DNA of 64,000 bases, taken from the NCBI GenBank assembly GCA_018819225.1, contig JAHJQN010000007.1, positions 32,001-96,000 of the forward strand. The letters are read 5' to 3'. A program made the position numbers and the translations under genes. The stretch is from Candidatus Micrarchaeota archaeon. GTDB taxonomy: Archaea; Micrarchaeota; Micrarchaeia; Norongarragalinales; SBBD01. This document shows, piece by piece, positions 1-7,875 of the stretch (position 1 is its first letter; each line of letters starts with the position of its first letter). Under the pieces are notes generated by a model that was not told the DNA's origin, searched no databases, and was given only the letters and a program-made list of their open reading frames with translations.

Positions 1-84
1 GCCCCCGGTTTGAGCAAGAGCCGGCAACGCCAACACGGCCACAAACAAGGCCGCAACGAGACTCGATCTACTACTCCAATTCAT
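1..84 (-). CDS. Secreted protein, 5' end only (runs off the window)
   Basis: ATG at 84 with GAGGTGA SD upstream; MNWSSRSSLVAALFVAVLALPALAQTG is a typical signal peptide (ALA-Q). Confidence 0.6.
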   Translation of the reverse strand, partial: MNWSSRSSLVAALFVAVLALPALAQTGG

Positions 85-212
85 ATCGTCTTCACCTCTT
101 AGATAATGTCACGCGGATACGTTCCGCAAGAACAAGAGAGAGCTACGCCTGGACCACGTAATATATCTTGGGCGGTCCGTTGTTCAGGAAAAACGTCCCA
201 AAAGCGTTCCAA

Positions 213-1595
213 CTACTCCTTTCCCTTGAACCAATCCGTAAGAAACAATTCCGCGGTATTCAAGAAGCGTTCCACGCGAATAATCTTACGTTTCTCCAAT
301 GAATCAATGACGCGGAAGAACGACGTCTTCGGAATCTTGGTTTCAAAACGCACTTTCGAGAAGCGTTTCTTGTCCCCATGCTCCAACAAATAATTGACGA
401 CCTCTTTTTCGCGCTCGTTCAGGGTAGGCAGTATTTCGTCCGCGCGGTGTTTCGCGAGTGCCACATGTCCGTGAGGCTTCAAATCCTTCTTGAACGCGGC
501 CTGTACCAACCGGAACCCGCCTACCAAGGCCGCTAGAATAAAGAACATCACGAACAGCACGAGCGCCCACCCGTAGACGTCCACGCCGCCCTCCATGTTC
601 GGTTGCAGTTCCGCTTCGAGAATGATGCGAATCGGTCCGGAACCCTCCTGCAACACGCGAGCCGAAACCGTTTTGCGTCCTTGCGAGCTATTCGTGACGA
701 TCAAGTAATCGCCGGGCGGAAGCTCCGCGAAAAACGCGCCGGAATCATCGGTAATCAACTGAACCGTCAACTCCAGTTCTTGGGTAAACACGTCCAGTTG
801 TGCGTTCGCAACGGGTTCTCCGCTGGAATCCACTACGGTTCCGTGCAAAGAAGGGGGAACCGGCGTCAAAAATAATGTTGGAACGGGCGTGGGAGCTGGC
901 GTCGGCGTAATCGTTGGCGGACGCATCGGAACAACGGGAGTAGGCGTCGGAGTTTCAGCAGGAGGAAGCAACGGTTCTGAAGGCGTCCGCGGAGAAACCA
1001 TAATGTCCGTGGGAGTCGGCGTGTACGTAGCATTCGGAGTCGTGGTCGGAGTTCCGGTGGGAATCGGTGTGGGCGTGGGAGTCGGAGACCAGCAGGCAAC
1101 GGCACAACAGAACCCCGTGTCCGAAGCGTTCATCCATTGACCTCCTGGACACGTTTGATTCTCGCTGCAAACAAAGCCTCCTTGCTGCGAGCACGTTGGA
1201 ACCGGGGTCGGCGTAGGAGTCGGCGTGGGAGTAGGGGTGGAAACGGGAGTGAAGTTCACATTAACGTATTTCACTAAACCAAACGCAGACGCATTCGCGT
1301 TGACAACCGCTATCCCTGCAGAAGAAGATGTGAGGTTAGAGGTCACGTATCCGTTTGCATTCGTCGTTCCGCTCGATGGATTCAATAATCCGCGTGTCGA
1401 TTGGAAATAAATCCATTGGCCTTGAAGCGGAGTACCGTTTCCATCCGTTAATCGAGCCGTTAACAAGGAAAAGGAAGATCCATCCGCAGGAACCGTTACG
1501 GGATTCGCATTAAACGTTAAATTCGCTGCGAAAGCCTGGGAAATAAACAAGAGTAACAGAAGCCCTACGATTTTTTGCACGAATCCTGCACCCAT
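213..1595 (-). CDS. Membrane-anchored surface protein: Big_1/invasin-like Ig domain, 6-Cys module, PT linker, carboxypeptidase-regulatory-like domain, TM helix, C-terminal winged HTH
   Basis: Signal peptide (AFA-A); 'VPADGSS..LTARLTDGNGTPL..TTNANG' is Big_1-like; 'LHGTVVDSSGEPVANA..TDDSGAF..LPPGDY'; TM helix; 'LNEREKEVVNYLL..IPKTSFFRVIDSLEKRKII' wHTH. Start moved to ATG 1595. Confidence 0.75.
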   Translation of the reverse strand: MGAGFVQKIVGLLLLLFISQAFAANLTFNANPVTVPADGSSFSLLTARLTDGNGTPLQGQWIYFQSTRGLLNPSSGTTNANGYVTSNLTSSSAGIAVVNANASAFGLVKYVNVNFTPVSTPTPTPTPTPTPVPTCSQQGGFVCSENQTCPGGQWMNASDTGFCCAVACWSPTPTPTPIPTGTPTTTPNATYTPTPTDIMVSPRTPSEPLLPPAETPTPTPVVPMRPPTITPTPAPTPVPTLFLTPVPPSLHGTVVDSSGEPVANAQLDVFTQELELTVQLITDDSGAFFAELPPGDYLIVTNSSQGRKTVSARVLQEGSGPIRIILEAELQPNMEGGVDVYGWALVLFVMFFILAALVGGFRLVQAAFKKDLKPHGHVALAKHRADEILPTLNEREKEVVNYLLEHGDKKRFSKVRFETKIPKTSFFRVIDSLEKRKIIRVERFLNTAELFLTDWFKGKE

Positions 1596-1882
1596 TTCGC
1601 GTACGCCTTCTCGCTTTTCACATCGCTCCACGCTACGATGCAGGGCACTTCATACGAATGAAGCTTTTTAATACGCGCCTCCAATGCCGCGTAATGTTTA
1701 CGGGTGGTCTTGATCAACAAGGCCCATTCCTTCGCAGTATGAAACGTGTTATTCCATTCATAAAACGAGCGGACCGGAAACGCGTTCACGCACGCCGCCA
1801 GTCTTTCTTTCACAACCGCTTCCGAAATGCGTTCCGCTTCCTTCTCGGAAGCGCACGTCACGTAGACCGTGATCAACGACAT
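1565..1882 (-). CDS. cutA: Divalent-cation tolerance protein CutA
   Basis: VYVT..EAERI..ERLAACVN..SFYEW..E..LLIKT..HSYEVPCI. Confidence 0.95.
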   Translation of the reverse strand: MSLITVYVTCASEKEAERISEAVVKERLAACVNAFPVRSFYEWNNTFHTAKEWALLIKTTRKHYAALEARIKKLHSYEVPCIVAWSDVKSEKAYAKWVQDSCKKS

Positions 1883-1883
1883 G

Positions 1884-2765
1884 CTACATCGCTTTCAAAC
1901 GCTGGATGCGTTCTTGAATGGGGGGATGCGTGCTGAACCACTTGCTGATGTTGTCGCGCTTCAACGGATTGGAAATGAACAGATGGGACGTGGCATTCGA
2001 AGCGTTCTTCATTTGAACCGAGTCCTTTTCAATCTTCTCGAGTGCGCCAGCCAGTCCTGCCGGATACCTCGTGAGCTGCGCAGCGCTCGCGTCCGCCATG
2101 AACTCGCGTTTCCGGGACACTGCCATCTTAATCAATTGCGCGAAAATGGGGGCGAGGATCGCGAGTGCAATACCGAGAATGACGACGTAGACGCTTCCGC
2201 GTCCTTCCCGGCGGTTGCCGCCGCCCCAAATCGTGGAGCGCAGGAGAATGTCGCTTAAAATGATGATGCTGCCCGCGAACACGGTTGCCAGCATCATGAC
2301 CTTGATATCATAATTACGGATGTGCGAGAGCTCATGCGACAACACGCCCTCCAGTTCCAAGCGGTTCATGCGCTTCAATAACCCGGTGGTGACGACCACG
2401 ATGGCGTGTTGCGGATCCCTACCCGTCGCGAACGCGTTCATCGCGTCCTCATCCATCACGTACAAGCGCGGTTGCGGGATTCCGGCGCCTAATGAAAGCG
2501 CTTCAATGGAATGGTAGAGGTACGGGAACTCTTCCTTCGTTACGGGACGGGCTTTCGTAACCGAGAGCACGATTTTGTCGCTCTGGTGGTACATGACGAG
2601 CGTGAGAATGACGGCGATGACGACCGCGAACACGAACCCGAAGTTGCCGAGTCCGAGAACGAACCCGAACGCGTACGCGATGAGGAATAGCAGGAGCAGG
2701 AAGGAAGCAAACAAAAAGTAGGTGCGGCGTTGGTTGCTTTGAATCTCGTCGTAGAAAGAGGCCAT
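1884..2765 (-). CDS. htpX: Zinc metalloprotease HtpX (M48)
   Basis: NAFATGRDP, HELSH, SRKREFMAD, FSTHPP. Confidence 0.95.
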   Translation of the reverse strand: MASFYDEIQSNQRRTYFLFASFLLLLFLIAYAFGFVLGLGNFGFVFAVVIAVILTLVMYHQSDKIVLSVTKARPVTKEEFPYLYHSIEALSLGAGIPQPRLYVMDEDAMNAFATGRDPQHAIVVVTTGLLKRMNRLELEGVLSHELSHIRNYDIKVMMLATVFAGSIIILSDILLRSTIWGGGNRREGRGSVYVVILGIALAILAPIFAQLIKMAVSRKREFMADASAAQLTRYPAGLAGALEKIEKDSVQMKNASNATSHLFISNPLKRDNISKWFSTHPPIQERIQRLKAM

Positions 2766-2866
2766 GGAGTAGGTAGATGGAAAAGCTTAATTAAATATCT
2801 CGTGGTCTGCCCCACAACGCGGGAGAAAAAGGGTTATTAAACGGTTTTGTTAGTACTCCTATCTCT

Positions 2867-2985
2867 GCTCCCTTCGTCTAGCTCGGTCAAGGACTCTGGC
2901 CTTTCGACTTTCCTGCTCCAAACATGCGCATGGGAATGGGAAAAAAAGAAAGCCAAAAACACGGGTTCAAATCCCGTAGGGAGCA
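2867..2985 (+). tRNA. tRNA-Glu(TTC) with 44-nt intron at 37/38 (2907-2950)
   Basis: Acceptor GCTCCCT/AGGGAGC; anticodon TTC at 2903-2905; T-arm ACGGG-TTCAAAT-CCCGT; BHB central helix CTTT/AAAG. C27-A43 mismatch noted. Confidence 0.93.
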
Positions 2986-2986
2986 T

Positions 2987-3008
2987 GTTCAAATCCTAAA
3001 CGAAGCAT
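2987..3008 (+). repeat. Degenerate tandem copy of tRNA-Glu 3' end
   Basis: GTTCAAATCCTAAACGAAGCAT vs GTTCAAATCCCGTAGGGAGCAT (2965-2986): 17/22, directly adjacent. Confidence 0.7.
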
Positions 3009-3018
3009 TGCCCGTAGA

Positions 3019-4071
3019 TTATTTACTTGATATGATTCGCTCGAACATTGCAGATGCCTCTTTATCGGACATGTGCTTTGGCGAAGACTTCATTAAAAAT
3101 GGGCACACGTCTTTAGCGTTACTTTGTTTACTATTATCTACAAGAAATTGAGCGACTCGAATGGCATCGATAATGGTGCCAGCTCCATTGATGCTGATTT
3201 CATCTTCAATTACTGAATGGATTGAAATCGGAGTTTTCCCGAACAATTCTCCTTCAATTAACAAATCAACTCGTTTGTGACCAGAAGGTTTTCCAGTATA
3301 TTGAAACGTTACGGATGGTCTTGCGTCTTTTTCGTCCAAATATTTTGAGAGTGCCTCTCGTTTCGAGCTCTCTTTTGTTTTCGACCTATGTAGTAAATTA
3401 TAATGGTCTGCATTCCCCCCTTGATTTTTTTGCTCCGATTTTGTGATCCGAATACCTCGCAGTTTTAAAAATTCTAAAAGAAGACGGTTCAACATCGTTG
3501 CACCCATTTGACTTTTTGTATCGTCACCTAATAAGACGAGATCACGTTCTTCGAATCGTTTTCTCCATTTAGAATCAGTAACTAAAGGGGTAGGAATGCA
3601 ATTGATATAGCTGCATCCTGCATTCAGCGCAGCTTCTGCATACCAACGGGTTGCCACATCACTTCCCGAGGGCACAAGATTAACAACCACTTGCGTATTC
3701 GTATCTTTGAGAATTTTAACAACATTCTCAACAGGAGCATTGCTTTCAGAAATGAAACTGTCGCGCATCTTCTCATGAATACCGTCAAGGGTAGGACCTC
3801 GATGAACTACCGCAGGGTGTTCCGTTGGAGATGTTATTTCACGAGTGACATTCTTTCCTAACGAAATGGCGTCCTGTAACTTTTTCCCCACCTTTCGTCG
3901 GTCTACATCAAAAGCCGCCACAAATTTAAGGTCGTTGACACGATAATTACCAATCAAGGGATGCATTAAGCCAATTTTTTCGTCGGGATTTTTCGCGTAG
4001 TACGAGACTCCTTCAACTAATGCTTTTGCTAGACTCCCTACTCCAACTATCGCCACCCGAAGGTTATCCAT
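3019..4071 (-). CDS. ino1: myo-Inositol-1-phosphate synthase family protein (divergent)
   Basis: VAIVGVG, FVAAFDVDRRKVG, YAEAALNAGCSYINCIP, GDDTKSQMGAT, IIDAIR. Confidence 0.88.
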   Translation of the reverse strand: MDNLRVAIVGVGSLAKALVEGVSYYAKNPDEKIGLMHPLIGNYRVNDLKFVAAFDVDRRKVGKKLQDAISLGKNVTREITSPTEHPAVVHRGPTLDGIHEKMRDSFISESNAPVENVVKILKDTNTQVVVNLVPSGSDVATRWYAEAALNAGCSYINCIPTPLVTDSKWRKRFEERDLVLLGDDTKSQMGATMLNRLLLEFLKLRGIRITKSEQKNQGGNADHYNLLHRSKTKESSKREALSKYLDEKDARPSVTFQYTGKPSGHKRVDLLIEGELFGKTPISIHSVIEDEISINGAGTIIDAIRVAQFLVDNSKQSNAKDVCPFLMKSSPKHMSDKEASAMFERIISSK

Positions 4072-4149
4072 AGTGATTAACCAAACGACAATTACTATTA
4101 ATAAAAGTTGAGATGCTAGTCTTTCTCAACGGGGGTATTGTAACTTGAT

Positions 4150-4170
4150 GTTTAAGACGCGTCGGGAGCG
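4150..4170 (+). repeat. Degenerate copy of tRNA-Glu 3' end (att-like)
   Basis: GTTTAAGACGCGTCGGGAGCG vs GTTCAAATCCCGTAGGGAGCA: 15/21 ungapped. Confidence 0.5.
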
Positions 4171-4177
4171 CTTAAGC

Positions 4178-4477
4178 CTAGTTCCGTAAGGCGATGGCAA
4201 GCATTTTCTCGAGGTCTCGGTAGTCGTTCTTGCGCTCGAGAAGGCAGGCAATAATGATGTTGGGCTTGATGACCGCGTAGATTAAGCGGGTTTCCTTCCC
4301 TTCCAGGCTTAAACGGACGCGGAATGCCCGCAAAAACCGCTTGGAATGGATGCGCTTGAAGCGATAAGGGTTCTCTTTGACCAAGTCGATTTTGCTGCCG
4401 ATGAGCTTCCGAGACTCCTTCCCGAGCTTTTTTACCTGATCCAAAAATAGCCGAGTGGTCCTGATTTGGAAGCTCAT
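4178..4477 (-). CDS. RelE/ParE-family toxin
   Basis: 99 aa, basic; 'FQIRTTRLFLDQVKKL..ENPY..FRVRL..RLIY..ERKNDY'; overlaps antitoxin stop. Confidence 0.8.
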   Translation of the reverse strand: MSFQIRTTRLFLDQVKKLGKESRKLIGSKIDLVKENPYRFKRIHSKRFLRAFRVRLSLEGKETRLIYAVIKPNIIIACLLERKNDYRDLEKMLAIALRN

Positions 4478-4728
4478 GCGGAAAGCGCCGCCTTCAGCTC
4501 TTCTTCACTTGCAAGCTGCTTACGTGCGATGCTGGTTTCCAAGATGTGGTCGATCAACGCAATCTCTATATCAGAAAGGGTTTCGTCAAATTGGCTTTTC
4601 TCGAAAACCTTTTCGCGCACGCTATCGTAAATCAAATCCTGGAGGTTTCGGTAGCCGAAGGTGTTCGCGTAGCTCCTTGCAGCCTTAAAGAGCTTCCTCG
4701 GGAATTTCAAGTTCACTTGGATAGCCAT
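4474..4728 (-). CDS. Antitoxin with ribbon-helix-helix N-terminus
   Basis: MAIQVNLKFPRKLFKAA..GYRNLQDLIYDSVREKVF, acidic C-terminus; ATGA overlap with toxin; start moved to ATG 4728. Confidence 0.75.
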   Translation of the reverse strand: MAIQVNLKFPRKLFKAARSYANTFGYRNLQDLIYDSVREKVFEKSQFDETLSDIEIALIDHILETSIARKQLASEEELKAALSA

Positions 4729-4809
4729 AGATAGCTTGGGATACCGTAGTATTAAAAGGATTGCGGAGGGCTTGTTCCCGTGAACGGAAGATTTGAAGTG
4801 CTCCTTGTT

Positions 4810-4824
4810 TCCCGTAGGGAGCAT
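4810..4824 (+). repeat. Exact 15-bp copy of tRNA-Glu 3' end (att-like)
   Basis: TCCCGTAGGGAGCAT, identical to 2972-2986. Confidence 0.85.
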
Positions 4825-4865
4825 CCTTCTTGAAGCGAAGTTGGCGCAACGTTTTCTTAAGATGC

Positions 4866-5618
4866 TCACTTCTTTATCGCAACGTGTTGAATAAAGTCCG
4901 CTCCGTATTTCGCAAAAGGCCGCTCGAAATCCCCGAACGTTTCGATCTTTGAAAACCCCGCGTTGGCGAGCAATTCAAGCATTTCATTTGTGCGAATCGG
5001 ATAGATGTCGAGAAACCAGTGGTGTTTTTTCCCGAAATAGCTGAACCGAATCAAGTCGTCTCGCCGAACCACCGGTATGACCTCGAAGTTCTCCCCGCAA
5101 TAAACGAATTTGTGCTTGCTCTTGTAACCCGTGTCGAGAATCATATCGTAGTTTCGGTGGTCAATGATGAGCATTCCGCGCGTTTTCAGCAAACGGTGAA
5201 TGCTAGAGAGTACGGATTCCCTATCCGGTCGGTCGAATAAGTGAGTAAACGAATTCCCGAGAAAAATGACGGCGTGGAAGCTGGCGGGTTTGAAACACGA
5301 ATCAAGTTTTTTCCAGTCCGCACGGACACAACGGAGTATCACGCGTTCCTTGGCTGCGTTATATTTTGCTCGCTCAAGCATGTGAGGACTCGCGTCTAAA
5401 CTCGTGACTTCAAACCCTTCCTTCGCCAAACGGATGCTATCGTAACCGGTTCCGCAGGCGACATCCAAAACATTCACGGCGTTCATACGACGCAAATGCT
5501 GAATGAAGAACGATCGCTCACCTCGCTTTCTTCGCCTCCAATCAATAAAGGAATCCCAAGCGTTGGCAACGTGTCGCGGGTACTGTTTCCAACCATGAGA
5601 CTTGCCCATATCGCCCAT
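4866..5618 (-). CDS. Glycine/sarcosine N-methyltransferase family (glycine betaine synthesis)
   Basis: WDSFIDW..R..GE..FF, VLDVACGTG, ADW, LGNSFTHLF, DHRNYDMILD.GY.SKH..YCG, TFGDF..DFIQHVA match recalled GSMT motifs along the full length. Confidence 0.85.
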   Translation of the reverse strand: MGDMGKSHGWKQYPRHVANAWDSFIDWRRRKRGERSFFIQHLRRMNAVNVLDVACGTGYDSIRLAKEGFEVTSLDASPHMLERAKYNAAKERVILRCVRADWKKLDSCFKPASFHAVIFLGNSFTHLFDRPDRESVLSSIHRLLKTRGMLIIDHRNYDMILDTGYKSKHKFVYCGENFEVIPVVRRDDLIRFSYFGKKHHWFLDIYPIRTNEMLELLANAGFSKIETFGDFERPFAKYGADFIQHVAIKK

Positions 5619-5722
5619 AACGATCTAAACAGATAGTAGGTATTGGAAGAATATCAAGTTATTTGGAAGAAAAATAGGCAAAAGGATAAATAGGCTTAAT
5701 GATTTCATTATTCTGACCACAC

Positions 5723-6709
5723 ATGCAGGAAAAGGCCATTCAAACCGTGCGTCCCGATTTGAGGGACAAGAAATTACTGAGGGAAATCGATTTTCATGCC
5801 CGTTTACCCTATTCCGAGCTGGCGCGAAGAATTGGAACAAGCAAGCAGGGCGCCGAATACAAGTTCAAGAACTTACTAAAGCAGGGGGTCATAAGGGGCT
5901 CCTACCCCGTCGTTAATGTTCCAAAGCTAGGATACCTGTATTGCAGATTGCTCGTGACGTTGCAGGGAGTCTCTGAAATACAAATCGAACGCATCGTGGA
6001 GGATTTGAAAAAGGATCCAAACGTATTCTGGCTGTTCACGATGGAAGGACGATACGACCTATTGGTGGTGTTTTGGGCTAAAAACGTATCCGATTTCAAG
6101 AGAATGGTCACGTCATTTCTTGAAAAACACGGCAAACATGTGAAAAGGAAGGTCGAAACGGTAACGACTGACGTATGCCACTTGTCCCATCGATACTTAT
6201 TGGAAGAAGGAGACAAACAGGAAGTAAGCATTCGCGAAACGGACGAGCGAATTAAAATCGATGAATTGGATAAGCGAATCCTGACCGTATTGGCTTCGGA
6301 TGCCCGAATTCCGTTAATTCAGCTGGCTTCGGCAGTTGATGCATTACCAAAAACGGTCGCGTATCGAATGAAACGCATGGAAAAAGAAAAACTTATTTTA
6401 TGCTATCGACCAATCATTGACCATTCCGTTCTTGGGTTGACGTATTACAAACTATTTGTCAACTTGAACTCGTACTCGCTGGTACAAATGCAGACCATCA
6501 AAAACTGGGTGAAGCAGAACAAATACGTGACGTACATCGTCGAAGGCTCGGGACTACCCACGGACTTGGATCTGGAGCTCATTGTTCCTTCGAATAAAGC
6601 CCTTTTCGAATTTATCCGCCAATTGAGGTTTAAATTCCCGAGGATCATCGGCGACTATTCGACTGTAGTATTCAAAGAAACAAGGAAAGTGCGGTATCTG
6701 CCGTTCTGA
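5723..6709 (+). CDS. Tandem (double) Lrp/AsnC transcriptional regulator
   Basis: Two HTH+RAM units (DLRDKKLLREIDFHARLPYSELA; DELDKRILTVLASDARIPLIQLA); divergent from the methyltransferase. Confidence 0.9.
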   Translation: MQEKAIQTVRPDLRDKKLLREIDFHARLPYSELARRIGTSKQGAEYKFKNLLKQGVIRGSYPVVNVPKLGYLYCRLLVTLQGVSEIQIERIVEDLKKDPNVFWLFTMEGRYDLLVVFWAKNVSDFKRMVTSFLEKHGKHVKRKVETVTTDVCHLSHRYLLEEGDKQEVSIRETDERIKIDELDKRILTVLASDARIPLIQLASAVDALPKTVAYRMKRMEKEKLILCYRPIIDHSVLGLTYYKLFVNLNSYSLVQMQTIKNWVKQNKYVTYIVEGSGLPTDLDLELIVPSNKALFEFIRQLRFKFPRIIGDYSTVVFKETRKVRYLPF

Positions 6710-6796
6710 TGACATCGTTAGCAACGCTCGGATTCGGATATTTCTTCGATTACCGCACGGATGAGGGCGCGATTTGCACTTTTTTCACTTGAGTTG

Positions 6797-6813
6797 CAAG
6801 TTCCGTAGGGAGC
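6797..6813 (+). repeat. Near-exact copy of tRNA-Glu 3' end (att-like)
   Basis: CAAGTTCCGTAGGGAGC vs CAAATCCCGTAGGGAGC: 15/17. Confidence 0.75.
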
Positions 6814-6945
6814 GGGATCCATTTTTTCAATAGCGTAGAAGTCGAATTCCGCAGAGCAATAGGCGGTATTCAACCCAATGTATAAATACCAAAATCCGAT
6901 TCGGGTTATGAAAGTGAAGTAAGTATACGGAGGAGGGGATAACAT

Positions 6946-7284
6946 ATGAAGAAATTTATGGTAGTATACAAGGCACCCGCGTCCGCAATGGAAAAAATGC
7001 ACGATTCGAGCCCGGAAGAAATGAAAAAGGGAATGGAGGCTTGGATGGTTTGGGCGGAAAAATGCGGTAGTGGCTTAGTCGATATGGGAACCCCGCTTGG
7101 AAACGCACAAAAACTAACCGAAACAGGGAGTTCGCCTAGTGTCAATAATGTGATGGGGTATTCCGTTTTGCAAGCAGAATCAATGGAGGGCGCAAAGAAG
7201 TTATTGAAAGGCCATCCTCATCTTGGCTGGGGTAAAGGGTGCGAAATAGAAGTGCTCGAGTCCCTTCCGAAGCCCGGAAAATAA
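6946..7284 (+). CDS. YciI/DGPF-like dimeric alpha-beta barrel protein
   Basis: MKKFMVVY..AWMVW..LVDMGTPL..GYSVLQAESMEGA..HPHL..IEV; GGAGG SD. Confidence 0.75.
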   Translation: MKKFMVVYKAPASAMEKMHDSSPEEMKKGMEAWMVWAEKCGSGLVDMGTPLGNAQKLTETGSSPSVNNVMGYSVLQAESMEGAKKLLKGHPHLGWGKGCEIEVLESLPKPGK

Positions 7285-7319
7285 ATAGTAGTTCGCATTG
7301 AGTAAAAACGGCATTTCAA

Positions 7320-7715
7320 CTACTTGAAATAGGTTTTCAGCGGTTCCCAGTAGTGATCGTGCCAACCTTGCGAGATGGAGGCGTGACATTCGGAAGGTAC
7401 TCCGGACTGCGTAAATGTAAGTTTCGTTCCGCCGGTCACTTTTTTTAAGGAAAACACGGCTCGCGAGTAATGGTCTTCCGGCCAATGATCCATCACGCAC
7501 ATCCAAGACTGCACGATTTTTTTGTCTGGAATCAACTCCAAGTTGGTGCCGACGAGGCCGTCCTCATAAGCGGAAAAGGGCCCGCCTACCTTGCGAGTCA
7601 TTTTTGCCGGCGATCCCGTAAATTTGGCGTGCTGGCGGGAATCCACGAGGGCCTCATAGACCGCATGCGGAGAAGCGTTGATAAGTACCGTTTGGCGAAT
7701 CGACTTGGTTTTCAT
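7320..7715 (-). CDS. SRPBCC/AHSA1 domain protein
   Basis: ASPHAVYEAL, KVGGPFS, PDKKIVQSW, GGTKLTFTQSGVP, GWHDHYW. Confidence 0.9.
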   Translation of the reverse strand: MKTKSIRQTVLINASPHAVYEALVDSRQHAKFTGSPAKMTRKVGGPFSAYEDGLVGTNLELIPDKKIVQSWMCVMDHWPEDHYSRAVFSLKKVTGGTKLTFTQSGVPSECHASISQGWHDHYWEPLKTYFK

Positions 7716-7875
7716 AAACTAAACACCCCCGATCATTCGAAACGTCGTAAGGACGCTAATACCGTTGAGGTTTGAGTATATAATGAATCAGTTTAGAATG
7801 ACTTACGATTGATAATGTCCAAGACAAGTGCGCATTCAAAACCCTTAAGTAGGGGAGGTAAAATACGTACTCGTT

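Larger units (their letters stand above)
2987..6813. mobile_element. tRNA-Glu-anchored accessory island or cassette stack, no integrase in window; may extend to ~7800
   Basis: Copies of the tRNA 3' end at 2987, 4150, 4810 and 6797 fall in the intergenic gaps between modules; visibly AT-richer than flanks; carries a TA pair. Confidence 0.65.

Noticed and set aside
880-1250. GGAGTCGGCGT-type tandem repeats (also near 44060-44110)
   Set aside because: They encode Pro-Thr linkers inside CDSs, not a DNA-level element.
2924-3151. 75-aa ORF
   Set aside because: Starts inside the tRNA-Glu intron and runs antisense into ino1.
7735-7756. Fifth tRNA-Glu 3'-end scar (ATTCGAAACGTCGTAAGGACGC)
   Set aside because: Needs gaps and several mismatches; too weak to claim.
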